A DNA stretch of 64,000 bases from positions 459 through 64,458 of the forward strand of contig CAXMQV010000128.1 of the NCBI GenBank assembly GCA_964195905.1. Direction: 5' to 3'. The position numbers and the translations under genes are program-made. A model generated the notes under the pieces. It did not search any database and had not been told where the DNA came from. It was given only the letters and a program-made list of their open reading frames with translations. This DNA is from an uncultured Gammaproteobacteria bacterium. Its GTDB lineage: Bacteria; Actinomycetota; Acidimicrobiia; Spongiisociales; SHLN01. Shown here piece after piece: positions 44,994 through 53,936 of this stretch; within the stretch, counting starts at the first letter, position 1, and every line of letters starts with the position of its first letter.

Positions 44994-46250
44994 ATGACCA
45001 ACCAACCACCCATCACCTGGGTTCCCAACCCCCGCGCCCGCTCCATCACCGACAGCGAAGCCGTCGCCGAAAACTTCCCCGAAGGGGTGTTCGCTCAGAC
45101 CCGCGCCTTTCACCGCCAGATTCCCGGCTACAAGCCGAGCCCGCTGCGCAACCTGTCCGGACTGGCCAACATGCTTGGAGTCGGCGGCATCTGGGTGAAG
45201 GACGAATCGGTCCGCCTCAACCTCAACTCGTTCAAGGTGCTGGGCGGTTCTTTCGCCATCTATCAGTTCATCAAGCGTCAACTCGGCATGGAAGACCAGG
45301 ACCTTTCGTTCGAGGAGCTGATCTCAGACGAGACGCACGCCAGGCTCGGCGAGATCACGTTCGCCACCGCCACCGACGGCAACCACGGCCGCGGCGTCGC
45401 CTGGGCGGCCGAGAAACTCAAGTGCAAGGCCGTCATATACGTACACAAGGCCACGTCGGTGGCTCGCATCCGCGCTATCGAGAGCTACGGAGCCGAGGTT
45501 CACATCGTGGACGGCACCTACGACGACGCAGTCCACCTGGCCAGCCGGGAGGCCGATGCCAATGGCTGGCAGGTCATCTCAGACACCTCGTGGGAGGGCT
45601 ACGAGGACATTCCTCGCTGGGTCATGCAGGGCTACACCACCATGTTGACCGAAGCCCAGGAACAGCTGGCCGGCACCGGGATCGTCAAACCAACCCACGT
45701 CTTCGTGCAGGCCGGGGTCGGCGCTCTGGCGGCGGCGGTGACCGGGTTCTATGCGAGTCGGTTCGGAGCCGATCGACCCACCCAGGTGGTCGTCGAGCCG
45801 GCCACCGCCGACTGCCTGTACCAGTCGGCCAAGATCGGTGACGGCCTACCGCACGACGTTGACGGTGACCTTCAGACGATCATGGCCGGACTCGCCTGTG
45901 GCGAGCCGAGCGCCATCGCCTGGGGTGTGCTGTGGGATTCGGTCGACGCCTTCATGACGTCACCCGACTACGTCGCCGCCAAGGGAATGCGCGTCTACGG
46001 CATGCCGCTGGCCGGAGACCCATTCATTGTTTCAGGAGAGTCCGGGGCGGTAACGCTTGGCGCCCTCACATTCATTGCCGAGGACTCGGGCTTTGCCGAT
46101 CTCAAAGACTACCTCGGGCTCGGCCCTGACTCCCAGATCCTGCTCATCAACTCGGAGGGCAATACCGATCCCGACTACTTCCGGCGGGTGGTGTGGGAAG
46201 GGGCTAACTCTGTCCCGGGCGAGTACCGCAAAGCGATGTCGGGCGTCTAG
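44994..46250 (+). CDS. Diaminopropionate ammonia-lyase (PLP-dependent)
   Basis: ..FHRQIPGYKPSPLRNL..IWVKDESVRLNLNSFKVLGGSFA.. (PLP-Lys) and ..TATDGNHGRGVAWAA.. match the DpaL family. Confidence 0.85.
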   Translation: MTNQPPITWVPNPRARSITDSEAVAENFPEGVFAQTRAFHRQIPGYKPSPLRNLSGLANMLGVGGIWVKDESVRLNLNSFKVLGGSFAIYQFIKRQLGMEDQDLSFEELISDETHARLGEITFATATDGNHGRGVAWAAEKLKCKAVIYVHKATSVARIRAIESYGAEVHIVDGTYDDAVHLASREADANGWQVISDTSWEGYEDIPRWVMQGYTTMLTEAQEQLAGTGIVKPTHVFVQAGVGALAAAVTGFYASRFGADRPTQVVVEPATADCLYQSAKIGDGLPHDVDGDLQTIMAGLACGEPSAIAWGVLWDSVDAFMTSPDYVAAKGMRVYGMPLAGDPFIVSGESGAVTLGALTFIAEDSGFADLKDYLGLGPDSQILLINSEGNTDPDYFRRVVWEGANSVPGEYRKAMSGV

Positions 46251-46465
46251 CCGTCGGAAGAACCTGAAGAGCCAGCCGAGCTCTTCTTCGGTTTGGGCGC
46301 TTTCGGTTTGCCCGATGCGGGCGGTTTCGGAGCGCCCGAACGACCGCCAGGATCACCGACCCCGCGGTAGACGTTGGTCTGCTTCTTGGCGAGCTTGTCG
46401 TGCCGGGAGCAGGACCCGACCGAACCTGACCGCCATTTGCCGTGGCAGTAGTGACTGGTAGCCAA
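46247..46465 (-). CDS. Small basic protein with CH..C..H motif and Lys/Pro/Ser-rich tail
   Basis: TTG start 7 nt after a perfect AAGGAG. (M)ATSHYCHGKWRSGSVGSCSRHDKLAKKQTNVY.. then KPKAPKPKKSS... No family recognised. Confidence 0.55.
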   Translation of the reverse strand: MATSHYCHGKWRSGSVGSCSRHDKLAKKQTNVYRGVGDPGGRSGAPKPPASGKPKAPKPKKSSAGSSGSSDG

Positions 46466-46530
46466 CTGGTTTCTCCTTGATGTCAGTTGTTCAGCGAGGT
46501 ATTCAACCAGACCCCGCCGGACTCTGTTCC

Positions 46531-48225
46531 CTACCGCCGGTAGGGGATCACCTGCACCGCCCCCGCAGGCCCCGGGACAACCAGCAGGTTGCCGTGAGGT
46601 GCCCCGGCTATGGCAGCTGCCACCGCCTGCGGATCGCCCGGGTCGCCGTTGGCGTCCAGCCGATGGAGCACAGTTACCCGGGCACCGGTCAGGTCGCGAA
46701 CCGCGGTAGCGAATACCTCGTCGCCGGTGACGAGCACCACTTGCTTGGGTGGAGGGACGGCCGGAACGTGCTCATATTCTTCTCGCTGAAGCAGCAGGTG
46801 GTAGATGGCGGCCGCGCCGACGGTGACGAGCAATGCCACCGGGACCTGGATGTTGTTGCGGAGCTCGGCTCCGCTGTCTCCGAGCACGCTGTTGAAGACC
46901 GCTATCAGCAGAACGATCAGCGAAACGGCGGCGACGACGCCTCCGATGCCAATGATGCCGAGCAAGTAGCTCCGTCTGGTCGGTGATGTCACCTCCGGGG
47001 TTCCCTCCGCCTTGACGAAACGGTTGATGCGCAGCCACGATTGCGCCCACAGCGGGACGCCGACGGCCAGGCTTGTGAGAGCACCGAGCAGGATGTTGAT
47101 CTCCGACGTCATGCTGTCTTGGGGTGGAAACACAACCTCCTGGAACCCGATCACGAGAATAACGACGCCGACAGTCGCCGTCACCAGTCCGACCGCCGCC
47201 ACGACGTAGTCGTACACCCGCTGAACCTCGGTCCTGTCGCCGCGTATGGGACCGAGCACCCGGCGGTGATAGAACCAGACGGCCGCCCCGACGAGGAGCG
47301 CTACCAGGGCGGGGACGAAATCGGCGAAGTGGCGGACCGCCGAGCCTGTGCCCGGATCGCCGAACCACCACTGGAGGATTCTGAACAGGACGCTACCGGC
47401 GCCGGCCACGGCGGCGATGAGCCCACCCAGCACGCCGATCAGCACGACATAGGCATGCCAGAGCGTGTCGCGGGTCTCTCGCATACCGTTGACGATCCAG
47501 TACCAGCCGAAGACGGTGGCACCAACCGCCAGCCCGATCACCCAGGTCGAAACGTTCGCATCGCTGCGAGCAGCCAGGTCGATCGATGTGCCCGAATCGA
47601 GCAGTCGGGTAAAGATCTCATCCAGCAGGGCGGCGCCGTAGCCGGCCATCGTCCCTAGTCCGGCGGTGGCCCCGACATAGACATGAAGGTTGGACACGTC
47701 GGCCCGGTATGTCCGGTACAGCCACCAGTGGCCGAACCAGATAGGGGTCCAGACGAGCAGCGACGCGAGCGCCATGCTGGAGAAGTCGTCCTCCCCCACG
47801 AGCCATTGGCCCGATATCACGGAGGTAACCATGACCACTGCGAGGGCAGTCAGGAGAGTGGCATTCAGGTAGATGCCAAAGGCGCCACCGCGCTCGGCCG
47901 GGTCCGACAGGCTTCGCAATATCCAGCGGCCGAGGAAGAAGAGGACGGGGAGGCCGACGATGGTCATGGCCAGCGGCACCGAGGCCCTCTCACCACGGCC
48001 GACGGTGTCTTCAGCCAGGAGTGCCAGCAAGCCGGCGATGCCCCAGGCCGCTACATGGAGAGCGGCGTAGAGCGACCCGAACAGCAGTAAACGCTTCACC
48101 GTGACCGGAGCCGATTCGGGCGATGGCTCGCTCTTGCGGCCGGTGACCGCTCTCACGATGAACACGACGATGCCGACCATCACGGCTAGCGGAATCAATG
48201 AGGCAAGGATGCCGAGGATGATCAT
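46531..48225 (-). CDS. Polytopic integral membrane protein, function unknown
   Basis: 564 aa with more than 12 hydrophobic spans and a soluble ~90-aa C-terminal domain. Confidence 0.75.
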   Translation of the reverse strand: MIILGILASLIPLAVMVGIVVFIVRAVTGRKSEPSPESAPVTVKRLLLFGSLYAALHVAAWGIAGLLALLAEDTVGRGERASVPLAMTIVGLPVLFFLGRWILRSLSDPAERGGAFGIYLNATLLTALAVVMVTSVISGQWLVGEDDFSSMALASLLVWTPIWFGHWWLYRTYRADVSNLHVYVGATAGLGTMAGYGAALLDEIFTRLLDSGTSIDLAARSDANVSTWVIGLAVGATVFGWYWIVNGMRETRDTLWHAYVVLIGVLGGLIAAVAGAGSVLFRILQWWFGDPGTGSAVRHFADFVPALVALLVGAAVWFYHRRVLGPIRGDRTEVQRVYDYVVAAVGLVTATVGVVILVIGFQEVVFPPQDSMTSEINILLGALTSLAVGVPLWAQSWLRINRFVKAEGTPEVTSPTRRSYLLGIIGIGGVVAAVSLIVLLIAVFNSVLGDSGAELRNNIQVPVALLVTVGAAAIYHLLLQREEYEHVPAVPPPKQVVLVTGDEVFATAVRDLTGARVTVLHRLDANGDPGDPQAVAAAIAGAPHGNLLVVPGPAGAVQVIPYRR

Positions 48226-48292
48226 GGCGTTCTCCCGTTCGTTCTTTCCATGCCATCAGCTTGCTCCCCGGCCGGTGCTTTCACAATCGGGG

Positions 48293-48319
48293 CCGACCCT
48301 GATTGTCTCTCAGGGTCGG
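48293..48319. promoter_or_regulatory. Perfect 10-bp inverted repeat CCGACCCTGA-N7-TCAGGGTCGG in a divergent promoter region
   Basis: Read directly. Lies between the minus-strand membrane-protein start (48225) and the plus-strand start at 48440. Confidence 0.4.
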
Positions 48320-48439
48320 TTAGTCGCGACGCAGAGCCCGCGGCAATCCGCGGTGGTGGACCAACGAAGGATCGGCACGGTAGTAGGGAGCGTCCATCAC
48401 GGCCTCATAGTGCCACGCCGAACTGCGTAGGCTGATCCC

Positions 48440-48697
48440 ATGCACGAGTTGGCCGACCTTCTCCAAGAGACCGGCACGGCTCACCACGAGTCGTTCATCG
48501 AAACCAACGGGTTCGACCCCGAATGGGCACTCTGGTACGCCGAGCATCTCGAGGACAAGCTCCCCACCCACCTCGGCCGCGAGCTGACCCGCAGTGAGAT
48601 CGTCTACCTCTTGTGGGCGGCCATGAAGGCTCAAGCCGAAGATGAGAGCCCGGAACCGTGGCCCGAGTACTACGCCCGCTTTCTCGGCGGGGATTAG
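48440..48697 (+). CDS. Hypothetical protein (85 aa)
   Basis: Acidic, Trp/Tyr-containing, protein-like composition. No domain recognised. Confidence 0.5.
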   Translation: MHELADLLQETGTAHHESFIETNGFDPEWALWYAEHLEDKLPTHLGRELTRSEIVYLLWAAMKAQAEDESPEPWPEYYARFLGGD

Positions 48698-49692
48698 CCG
48701 AGATCGGGCCCGGACTGGCCGTACACCTCGGGATTGGCGCAGGCAAGCAGGCGTTCATCGCGCAGCCCGGCCAGCAGGTTGGCGACGGCTAGATCGGCCA
48801 TTGCCTCCCGGGTACGACGACTCGAGCTGCCGAGGTGGGGAATAATGAAACAGTTGTCGAGACCAACCAGAGGGTGGTCGGCTGGAATCGGTTCGGGATC
48901 GGTGACGTCCAATCCGGCCGCGGCGATCTGACCTGACCGCAACGCCTCGGCGAGGGCGACCGAATCCACGGTTCCTCCCCGCGAGATGTTGACGAGCGTT
49001 GCGGTCGGTTTCATCCGTTCGAGGGCGGCGGCGTTGATGAGGTGGGCGGTTTCCGAGGTGAGCGGCGTCGCCACCACGACGTGGTCGCTCTGGGCCAACA
49101 AGTCATCGATCTCGCGGTAGATCAATCCCAACTGTGCTTCGGCGGTGGGCTGCCGGTTGCGCCCCGCGTACAGGACTCGCATGCCGAACCCCAGGCCGCG
49201 GCGGGCAATGGCTTGCCCGACCCGACCTAAGCCGATGATTCCGAGCGTCGAACCGTGCACGTCGTGGCCGAGCAGCAGCTCCGGCTCCCACCGCTGCCAC
49301 TCCCCCGCCCGGACGTAATCGCGGCCCTCTCCCAGCCGCCGGGCGGCCGCCATCAGCAGCGCAAAGGCGGTGTCGGCGGTGGTCTCGTTGAGGACGTCCG
49401 GGGTATGGCCGACCGGGATGCTCCTGGCCGTGCAGGCAGCCAGGTCGATGTGGTCGATTCCCACCGACATCGTGCTAACGACCCGCAGGTCGGGAGCTTT
49501 GGCCAGCAGTTCCTCGTCGATTGTGTCGGTCAACGTGCAATAGAGGCCATCGGCTCTCGCCATCGCGCTCCGCAGCTGATCGCCCGGGATCGGCCGGTCC
49601 GCCTCCCACAGCCAAACCTCAGCCTCGCCCTCGATTGCCTCGAGGGCTGAGCCGGGAGGGCGGCGGGTCACGACTACATGTGGTTTCGTCAC
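48694..49692 (-). CDS. D-isomer-specific 2-hydroxyacid dehydrogenase (glyoxylate/hydroxypyruvate reductase-like)
   Basis: ..STLGIIGLGRVGQAIARR.. (NAD GxGxxG), ..NISRGG.VD..AL.., ..PHLGSS.. are family motifs. Confidence 0.9.
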   Translation of the reverse strand: MTKPHVVVTRRPPGSALEAIEGEAEVWLWEADRPIPGDQLRSAMARADGLYCTLTDTIDEELLAKAPDLRVVSTMSVGIDHIDLAACTARSIPVGHTPDVLNETTADTAFALLMAAARRLGEGRDYVRAGEWQRWEPELLLGHDVHGSTLGIIGLGRVGQAIARRGLGFGMRVLYAGRNRQPTAEAQLGLIYREIDDLLAQSDHVVVATPLTSETAHLINAAALERMKPTATLVNISRGGTVDSVALAEALRSGQIAAAGLDVTDPEPIPADHPLVGLDNCFIIPHLGSSSRRTREAMADLAVANLLAGLRDERLLACANPEVYGQSGPDLG

Positions 49693-49809
49693 CAGCCCAT
49701 TCTCACATCACTGCACCCGCCGTGACAGAACCCTTGGATCAGGGCCCGTTTCGGCGCACTATCGCCCTGCCACCGCTCACCATGTAGCACGCGTGCTACG
49801 CTCAAGAAC

Positions 49810-50064
49810 ATGGAGAATGAAGTGACTCAACGCCAGCTTCGCAATGACAGCGGCGAGATCATGCGAGCCCTCGATCGAGGGACGTCGTTCGTCGTTACCC
49901 GCAACGGCGTACCGGTTGGCGAGCTGATCCCGGTGCGCAGCCATCGCTTTGTGCCCGCCCAAGAGGCTCTGGCGGTCTTCCGAAACGCGCCGGCCATTGA
50001 CGGAGAACGGCTGCGCTCCGACCTCGCTCGCTGGGTCGATCAGGACCTCCCGTCCGGTGGATGA
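49810..50064 (+). CDS. Type II antitoxin, Phd/YefM family
   Basis: MENEVTQRQLRNDSGEIMRALDRGTSFVVTRNGVPVGELIPV.. is the typical prevent-host-death N-terminus. Overlaps the downstream PIN gene by 8 nt. Confidence 0.85.
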   Translation: MENEVTQRQLRNDSGEIMRALDRGTSFVVTRNGVPVGELIPVRSHRFVPAQEALAVFRNAPAIDGERLRSDLARWVDQDLPSGG

Positions 50065-50479
50065 CGCAGCGCCCGAGCGCGGGCTCATCGACACCTCCGT
50101 GGTCATCGACCTCGAGCGGGTTGATCCGACCTCCTTGCCGGCTGAGCTCGCCGTCTCGGCGATAACCCTCGCCGAACTGGCCGCCGGCCCGCACGCCACC
50201 GACGACCTCGCCGAACGCTCTCGGCGCCAGGACCGGCTGCAGCGAGTCGAAGCGACCTTCGATCCCCTTCCCTTCGACGATGCCGCTGCCCGAGCGTACG
50301 GGCGGATCTACGCAACGGTCGTGCAGGCCGGGCGCAAAGCCCGAGGAGCTCGAGTCGTGGACCTCCTCATCGCGTCAACCGCTCTCGCCAACGACCTGCC
50401 GCTCTACACGAACAACATTGCGGATTTCTCGGGGCTCGGCGATCTGCTCGAAGTCAGGACACCCACCCGGACCGATTGA
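50057..50479 (+). CDS. vapC: Type II toxin VapC (PIN domain ribonuclease)
   Basis: GTG start; ..GLIDTSVVIDLE.. (first acidic residue), ..ITLAELAAG.., ..DLLIASTALANDLPLYTNNIADF.. is a PIN signature. Confidence 0.85.
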   Translation: MDDAAPERGLIDTSVVIDLERVDPTSLPAELAVSAITLAELAAGPHATDDLAERSRRQDRLQRVEATFDPLPFDDAAARAYGRIYATVVQAGRKARGARVVDLLIASTALANDLPLYTNNIADFSGLGDLLEVRTPTRTD

Positions 50480-50488
50480 GCGGGCCGC

Positions 50489-51736
50489 CTAACGAACCGG
50501 AACGATCCGCCAGATCGACCCGTTCAGCGTGACCACGAGGACGCTGTCGTCGGAGTCGACACCGAAGCTGCTTATGGAGCCGAGACCGGTCAGGATCTCG
50601 GCCTGGCCGTCGGCGCCGGGCCCGAAGAAGCCGCGCACAAATCCTCCGCAATAGTCGCCGTAGACGTAGAAGCCTTCGAGTTCGGGAATGGCCGGGTCAT
50701 GCATGACGACGCCGCCTGTGATGGAACAACCATCAGGATGGGAGTACTCGACCACCGGCTCCACCATGAAAGCGTCGGGGATAAGCCCGGAAGAGCGGTC
50801 GCAGTTGCTGGTTCCGAAGCAATGCGACCCTTCGAGAACCGGCCACCCGAAATTCTCGACGTAGTTCGATTGTGTCCCGACCACACTGACTTCCTCCCAG
50901 GTCCCCTGCCCGACGTCGGCGATGAACAGCAGGTCGCCGTCGAAGCTGAACCGCCAGGGATTGCGCAGCCCGTAGGCGTAGACCAGGGGATCGCCCTCCC
51001 CCTCCGGCATCGGGTTGTCGGCGGGAATCGTGTACGGCAGATCACCTGATGGGGTCGGATCCAACCGCAGCATCGAGCCAAGCAGAGTGAACGGATCCTG
51101 GCCGTTCCCAAATCGGTCGTTTGAGGCCCCGCCGTCGCCCAACGCGGTGTAGAGCATCCCATCGGGCCCGAAGACGACGTTGCCGCCGTTGTGGTTGGAG
51201 GCAGGCTGGTCTATCTCGAGCAGGACCCGCTCGGTGCCGGCGTCCATCACTCCAGCCACCCGGCGGAACTCGGAAACAACCGTGTCGCCACTCCCGACGG
51301 CCGTGTAGTTGACATAGAAGGTGTCCGGGTCCTCGGGGTGGAAGGCCAGTCCGAGCAGTCCTTGCTCGGTGCTTCCCGAGCCGACCCGGGGGTCGATATC
51401 GAACCGCGCTTCACCGTCGATGGTCAGGATCCGACCGGGCCGCTCGATGACGAGCAGCTCCCCGGTCCCCGGATCCACCCCCGCCCACACCGCGTTATCG
51501 AATCCGTCGGCCACCAGCAGCGCCTCCACCCCCTGCAGCGGCAGAAGCGTGGTCGTGGTCGTCGTAGCGGCTGGAGCCGTCGTCGACGTTCCACTGATCA
51601 CCGAGGTAGAAGTCGGGGAGGTCGTCGAGGTCGCCGGCAGCGGAGGAAGGCTCGTGACCGGGACCGTGTCGGCGTTACGACAAGCCGTCGCTACCAGGGC
51701 CAGCACAAACAGAAGAAGCAAGATCCGTCTCATCAT
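50489..51736 (-). CDS. PQQ-dependent sugar dehydrogenase (sorbosone/glucose dehydrogenase-B-like), lipoprotein
   Basis: MMRRILLLLFVLALVATAC lipobox. ..EQGLLGLAFHP.., ..NHNGG.VVFGPDGMLY...GDGG.., ..YAYGLRNPWRFSFD.. are family motifs. Confidence 0.85.
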   Translation of the reverse strand: MMRRILLLLFVLALVATACRNADTVPVTSLPPLPATSTTSPTSTSVISGTSTTAPAATTTTTTLLPLQGVEALLVADGFDNAVWAGVDPGTGELLVIERPGRILTIDGEARFDIDPRVGSGSTEQGLLGLAFHPEDPDTFYVNYTAVGSGDTVVSEFRRVAGVMDAGTERVLLEIDQPASNHNGGNVVFGPDGMLYTALGDGGASNDRFGNGQDPFTLLGSMLRLDPTPSGDLPYTIPADNPMPEGEGDPLVYAYGLRNPWRFSFDGDLLFIADVGQGTWEEVSVVGTQSNYVENFGWPVLEGSHCFGTSNCDRSSGLIPDAFMVEPVVEYSHPDGCSITGGVVMHDPAIPELEGFYVYGDYCGGFVRGFFGPGADGQAEILTGLGSISSFGVDSDDSVLVVTLNGSIWRIVPVR

Positions 51737-51785
51737 CGGAGAGGCTATCGGCGGACCGGCAGTACTGAATCTCCTGTCCTCCAGC

Positions 51786-51827
51786 GGTGGGCGGTGGGCG
51801 GTGGACGGTCGGCCCCGGCCGGTGGGC
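51786..51827. repeat. Heptamer array (GGTGGGC)x2, GGTGGAC, GGTCGGC, CCCGGCC, GGTGGGC
   Basis: Read directly. Lies in the divergent spacer upstream of the first UMF1 gene. Confidence 0.85.
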
Positions 51828-51857
51828 TGTGAAGAATTCCCCTACGATCCCTCCTCA

Positions 51858-53897
51858 ATGAGCTACCAACCGGCATACGAAGGCATCGACGAGGCCGAAT
51901 ACCAGAAGCGCATCCGAGCCTGGACCATGTACGACTGGGCCAACTCGGCGTTTGCCACCACCATCCTGGCGGCCGTTCTCCCCATCTATTACAGCCAGGT
52001 GGCCGGCGACACACTTCCGAGCGCGGCGGTGGCCACCGCCTACTGGACTGCCGGCCTGAGCATCGCCCTGTTCATCGTCGCCATCATCTCGCCCATCCTC
52101 GGCACCATCTCGGACATCCGTCGCGGGAAGAAGAAGTTCCTCTCCATCTCCGTTGGGGTCGGCGTGGTCGCCACCGGCTTGCTCGTCTTCGTCGGTTCGG
52201 GCGACTGGTTCCTCGCTTCGATCCTGTTCATTGTCGGCCGGGTCGGATTCGGCGCCGCCAATGTCTTCTACGACTCACTGCTCCCCCATGTGGCCAGGGA
52301 AGAGGACCAGGACCGGGTTTCGACGCGCGGCTACGCCATGGGGTATCTGGGCGGCGGCCTCCTGCTTGCCCTCAACGCTGCCATGATCTTCATCATCGGC
52401 CCCGAAGGCGGTGCCCGCCTCTCCTTCCTCTCGGTGGCGGTGTGGTGGGCGGTGTTCTCGATTCCCATCATGCGCCGGGTCCCGGAGCCGCCATCGGACA
52501 CCGAGGAACTAGCTGAAGGCGAATCCCTCTTGAGGGTCAGCTTCGGTCGATTGAAGGAGACCCTGGCCCACATCCGGCGCTTCAAGGAGTTGTTCCGCTT
52601 CCTCATCGCCTTCCTCATCTACAACGACGGCATCGGCACGATCATCGGGGTAGCCGCCATCTACGGTGCCGAGCTTGGCTTCGGCGCCACCGAACTGATC
52701 CTGGCCTTGCTCCTGGTCCAGTTCGCCGGCATACCGTTCGCTCTCATCTTCGGCAGGATTCCGGACCCGGCCGAGACCCGACGCCGGGCCTTCCTGGCCT
52801 TCATTGTCTTCAACGCCGTCGCACTTCCTCTTGTCGGGATCATCGGGGCCAGGGTCCTCGACGCCGACACCGTCGGCCGACCGGGCGCTCCGTTTGAGAC
52901 CTCAGGAGCCTTCGTCGGCGAAGGCGAGTACGGAGCGGATTCGTTCGGAGTTCAGCCGGCGGGGGCCTGGGAGCTCAGGACGGCAGACGAGCTGGGGACC
53001 GGCGCTCGCCGGGACTACGGCTTCACCGAGTCGATCGGCAGCCAGATCCGGTTCACATTCACCGGCCGCGAGATCGAAGTCGCTTACCGCACCGGGCCCG
53101 ACGGTGGCAGCCACACGGTGCTCGTCGACGGGCTCGAGCCGACCGAAATCGACGGGTTCACCATCGACGCATACGAGCCGGACCCAACCGAGCCAACCGG
53201 CGAGGACGGACTCACCATCGACGGCTACAACAGCAAGGAGCGGTTCGAGGAGATCGCCCGCATCGACGTCGGCACACCTGGCGAGCACGAGCTCATCCTG
53301 GTCAGCCTCAAGAACCTCGACGACGAGCGCTCCGGCACCGTCATGGGCATTGGCCGAATCGAAGTCCTCGATCCCACCCGTACCTCCAGCCTGGGAACGA
53401 TCCTCGGCCTGCTCGTCATCATCGAATTGATCGGTCTCGGCTTCGCGTTCGGGCCCGGCAAGAGTCTCGTAACCGGGCTCATCGAGCGGTTCGACACGAA
53501 GCACACGATCCTGCTGTCACTGGTCGTCTACGCCATCATCGCGGTGTGGGGATTCACCCTCAACGCCGTGATCGAGTTCTGGTTCCTCGCCTTCATGGTG
53601 GCAACCGTTCAAGGTGGCAGCCAAGCCCTGAGCCGCAGCCTCTATGCCTCCATGTCGCCGACCTCCCAGAGCGGAGAGTTCTTCGGCTTCTTCTCCATCA
53701 TGTCGAAGTTCTCGGCGCTGATCGGGCCGCTCGTGTTCTTCGGAGCCGTCCAGGCCTTCGGGTCGAGCCGCCCCGCCGTGCTGGCCATCATCGTGTTCTT
53801 CATAACCGGTGGGCTCTTGTTGAATCGGGTCGATGTCGAGGAGGGCCGCCGGGTCGCCCGGGCCGCCGACGCCGGCGGGCTCGACGACGAAACCTGA
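51858..53897 (+). CDS. MFS transporter, UMF1/Atg22-like, with inserted TM-ectodomain-TM module
   Basis: ..RIRAWTMYDWANSAFATTILAAVLPIYY.. is the UMF1 N-terminus. About 14 TM spans, with a ~175-aa soluble insert encoded at about 52860-53390. Start trimmed to the ATG at 51858. Confidence 0.8.
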   Translation: MSYQPAYEGIDEAEYQKRIRAWTMYDWANSAFATTILAAVLPIYYSQVAGDTLPSAAVATAYWTAGLSIALFIVAIISPILGTISDIRRGKKKFLSISVGVGVVATGLLVFVGSGDWFLASILFIVGRVGFGAANVFYDSLLPHVAREEDQDRVSTRGYAMGYLGGGLLLALNAAMIFIIGPEGGARLSFLSVAVWWAVFSIPIMRRVPEPPSDTEELAEGESLLRVSFGRLKETLAHIRRFKELFRFLIAFLIYNDGIGTIIGVAAIYGAELGFGATELILALLLVQFAGIPFALIFGRIPDPAETRRRAFLAFIVFNAVALPLVGIIGARVLDADTVGRPGAPFETSGAFVGEGEYGADSFGVQPAGAWELRTADELGTGARRDYGFTESIGSQIRFTFTGREIEVAYRTGPDGGSHTVLVDGLEPTEIDGFTIDAYEPDPTEPTGEDGLTIDGYNSKERFEEIARIDVGTPGEHELILVSLKNLDDERSGTVMGIGRIEVLDPTRTSSLGTILGLLVIIELIGLGFAFGPGKSLVTGLIERFDTKHTILLSLVVYAIIAVWGFTLNAVIEFWFLAFMVATVQGGSQALSRSLYASMSPTSQSGEFFGFFSIMSKFSALIGPLVFFGAVQAFGSSRPAVLAIIVFFITGGLLLNRVDVEEGRRVARAADAGGLDDET

Positions 53898-53936
53898 TTC
53901 CAGGCGGCGACGGACCACGCTCTGTGACCGTCTACT

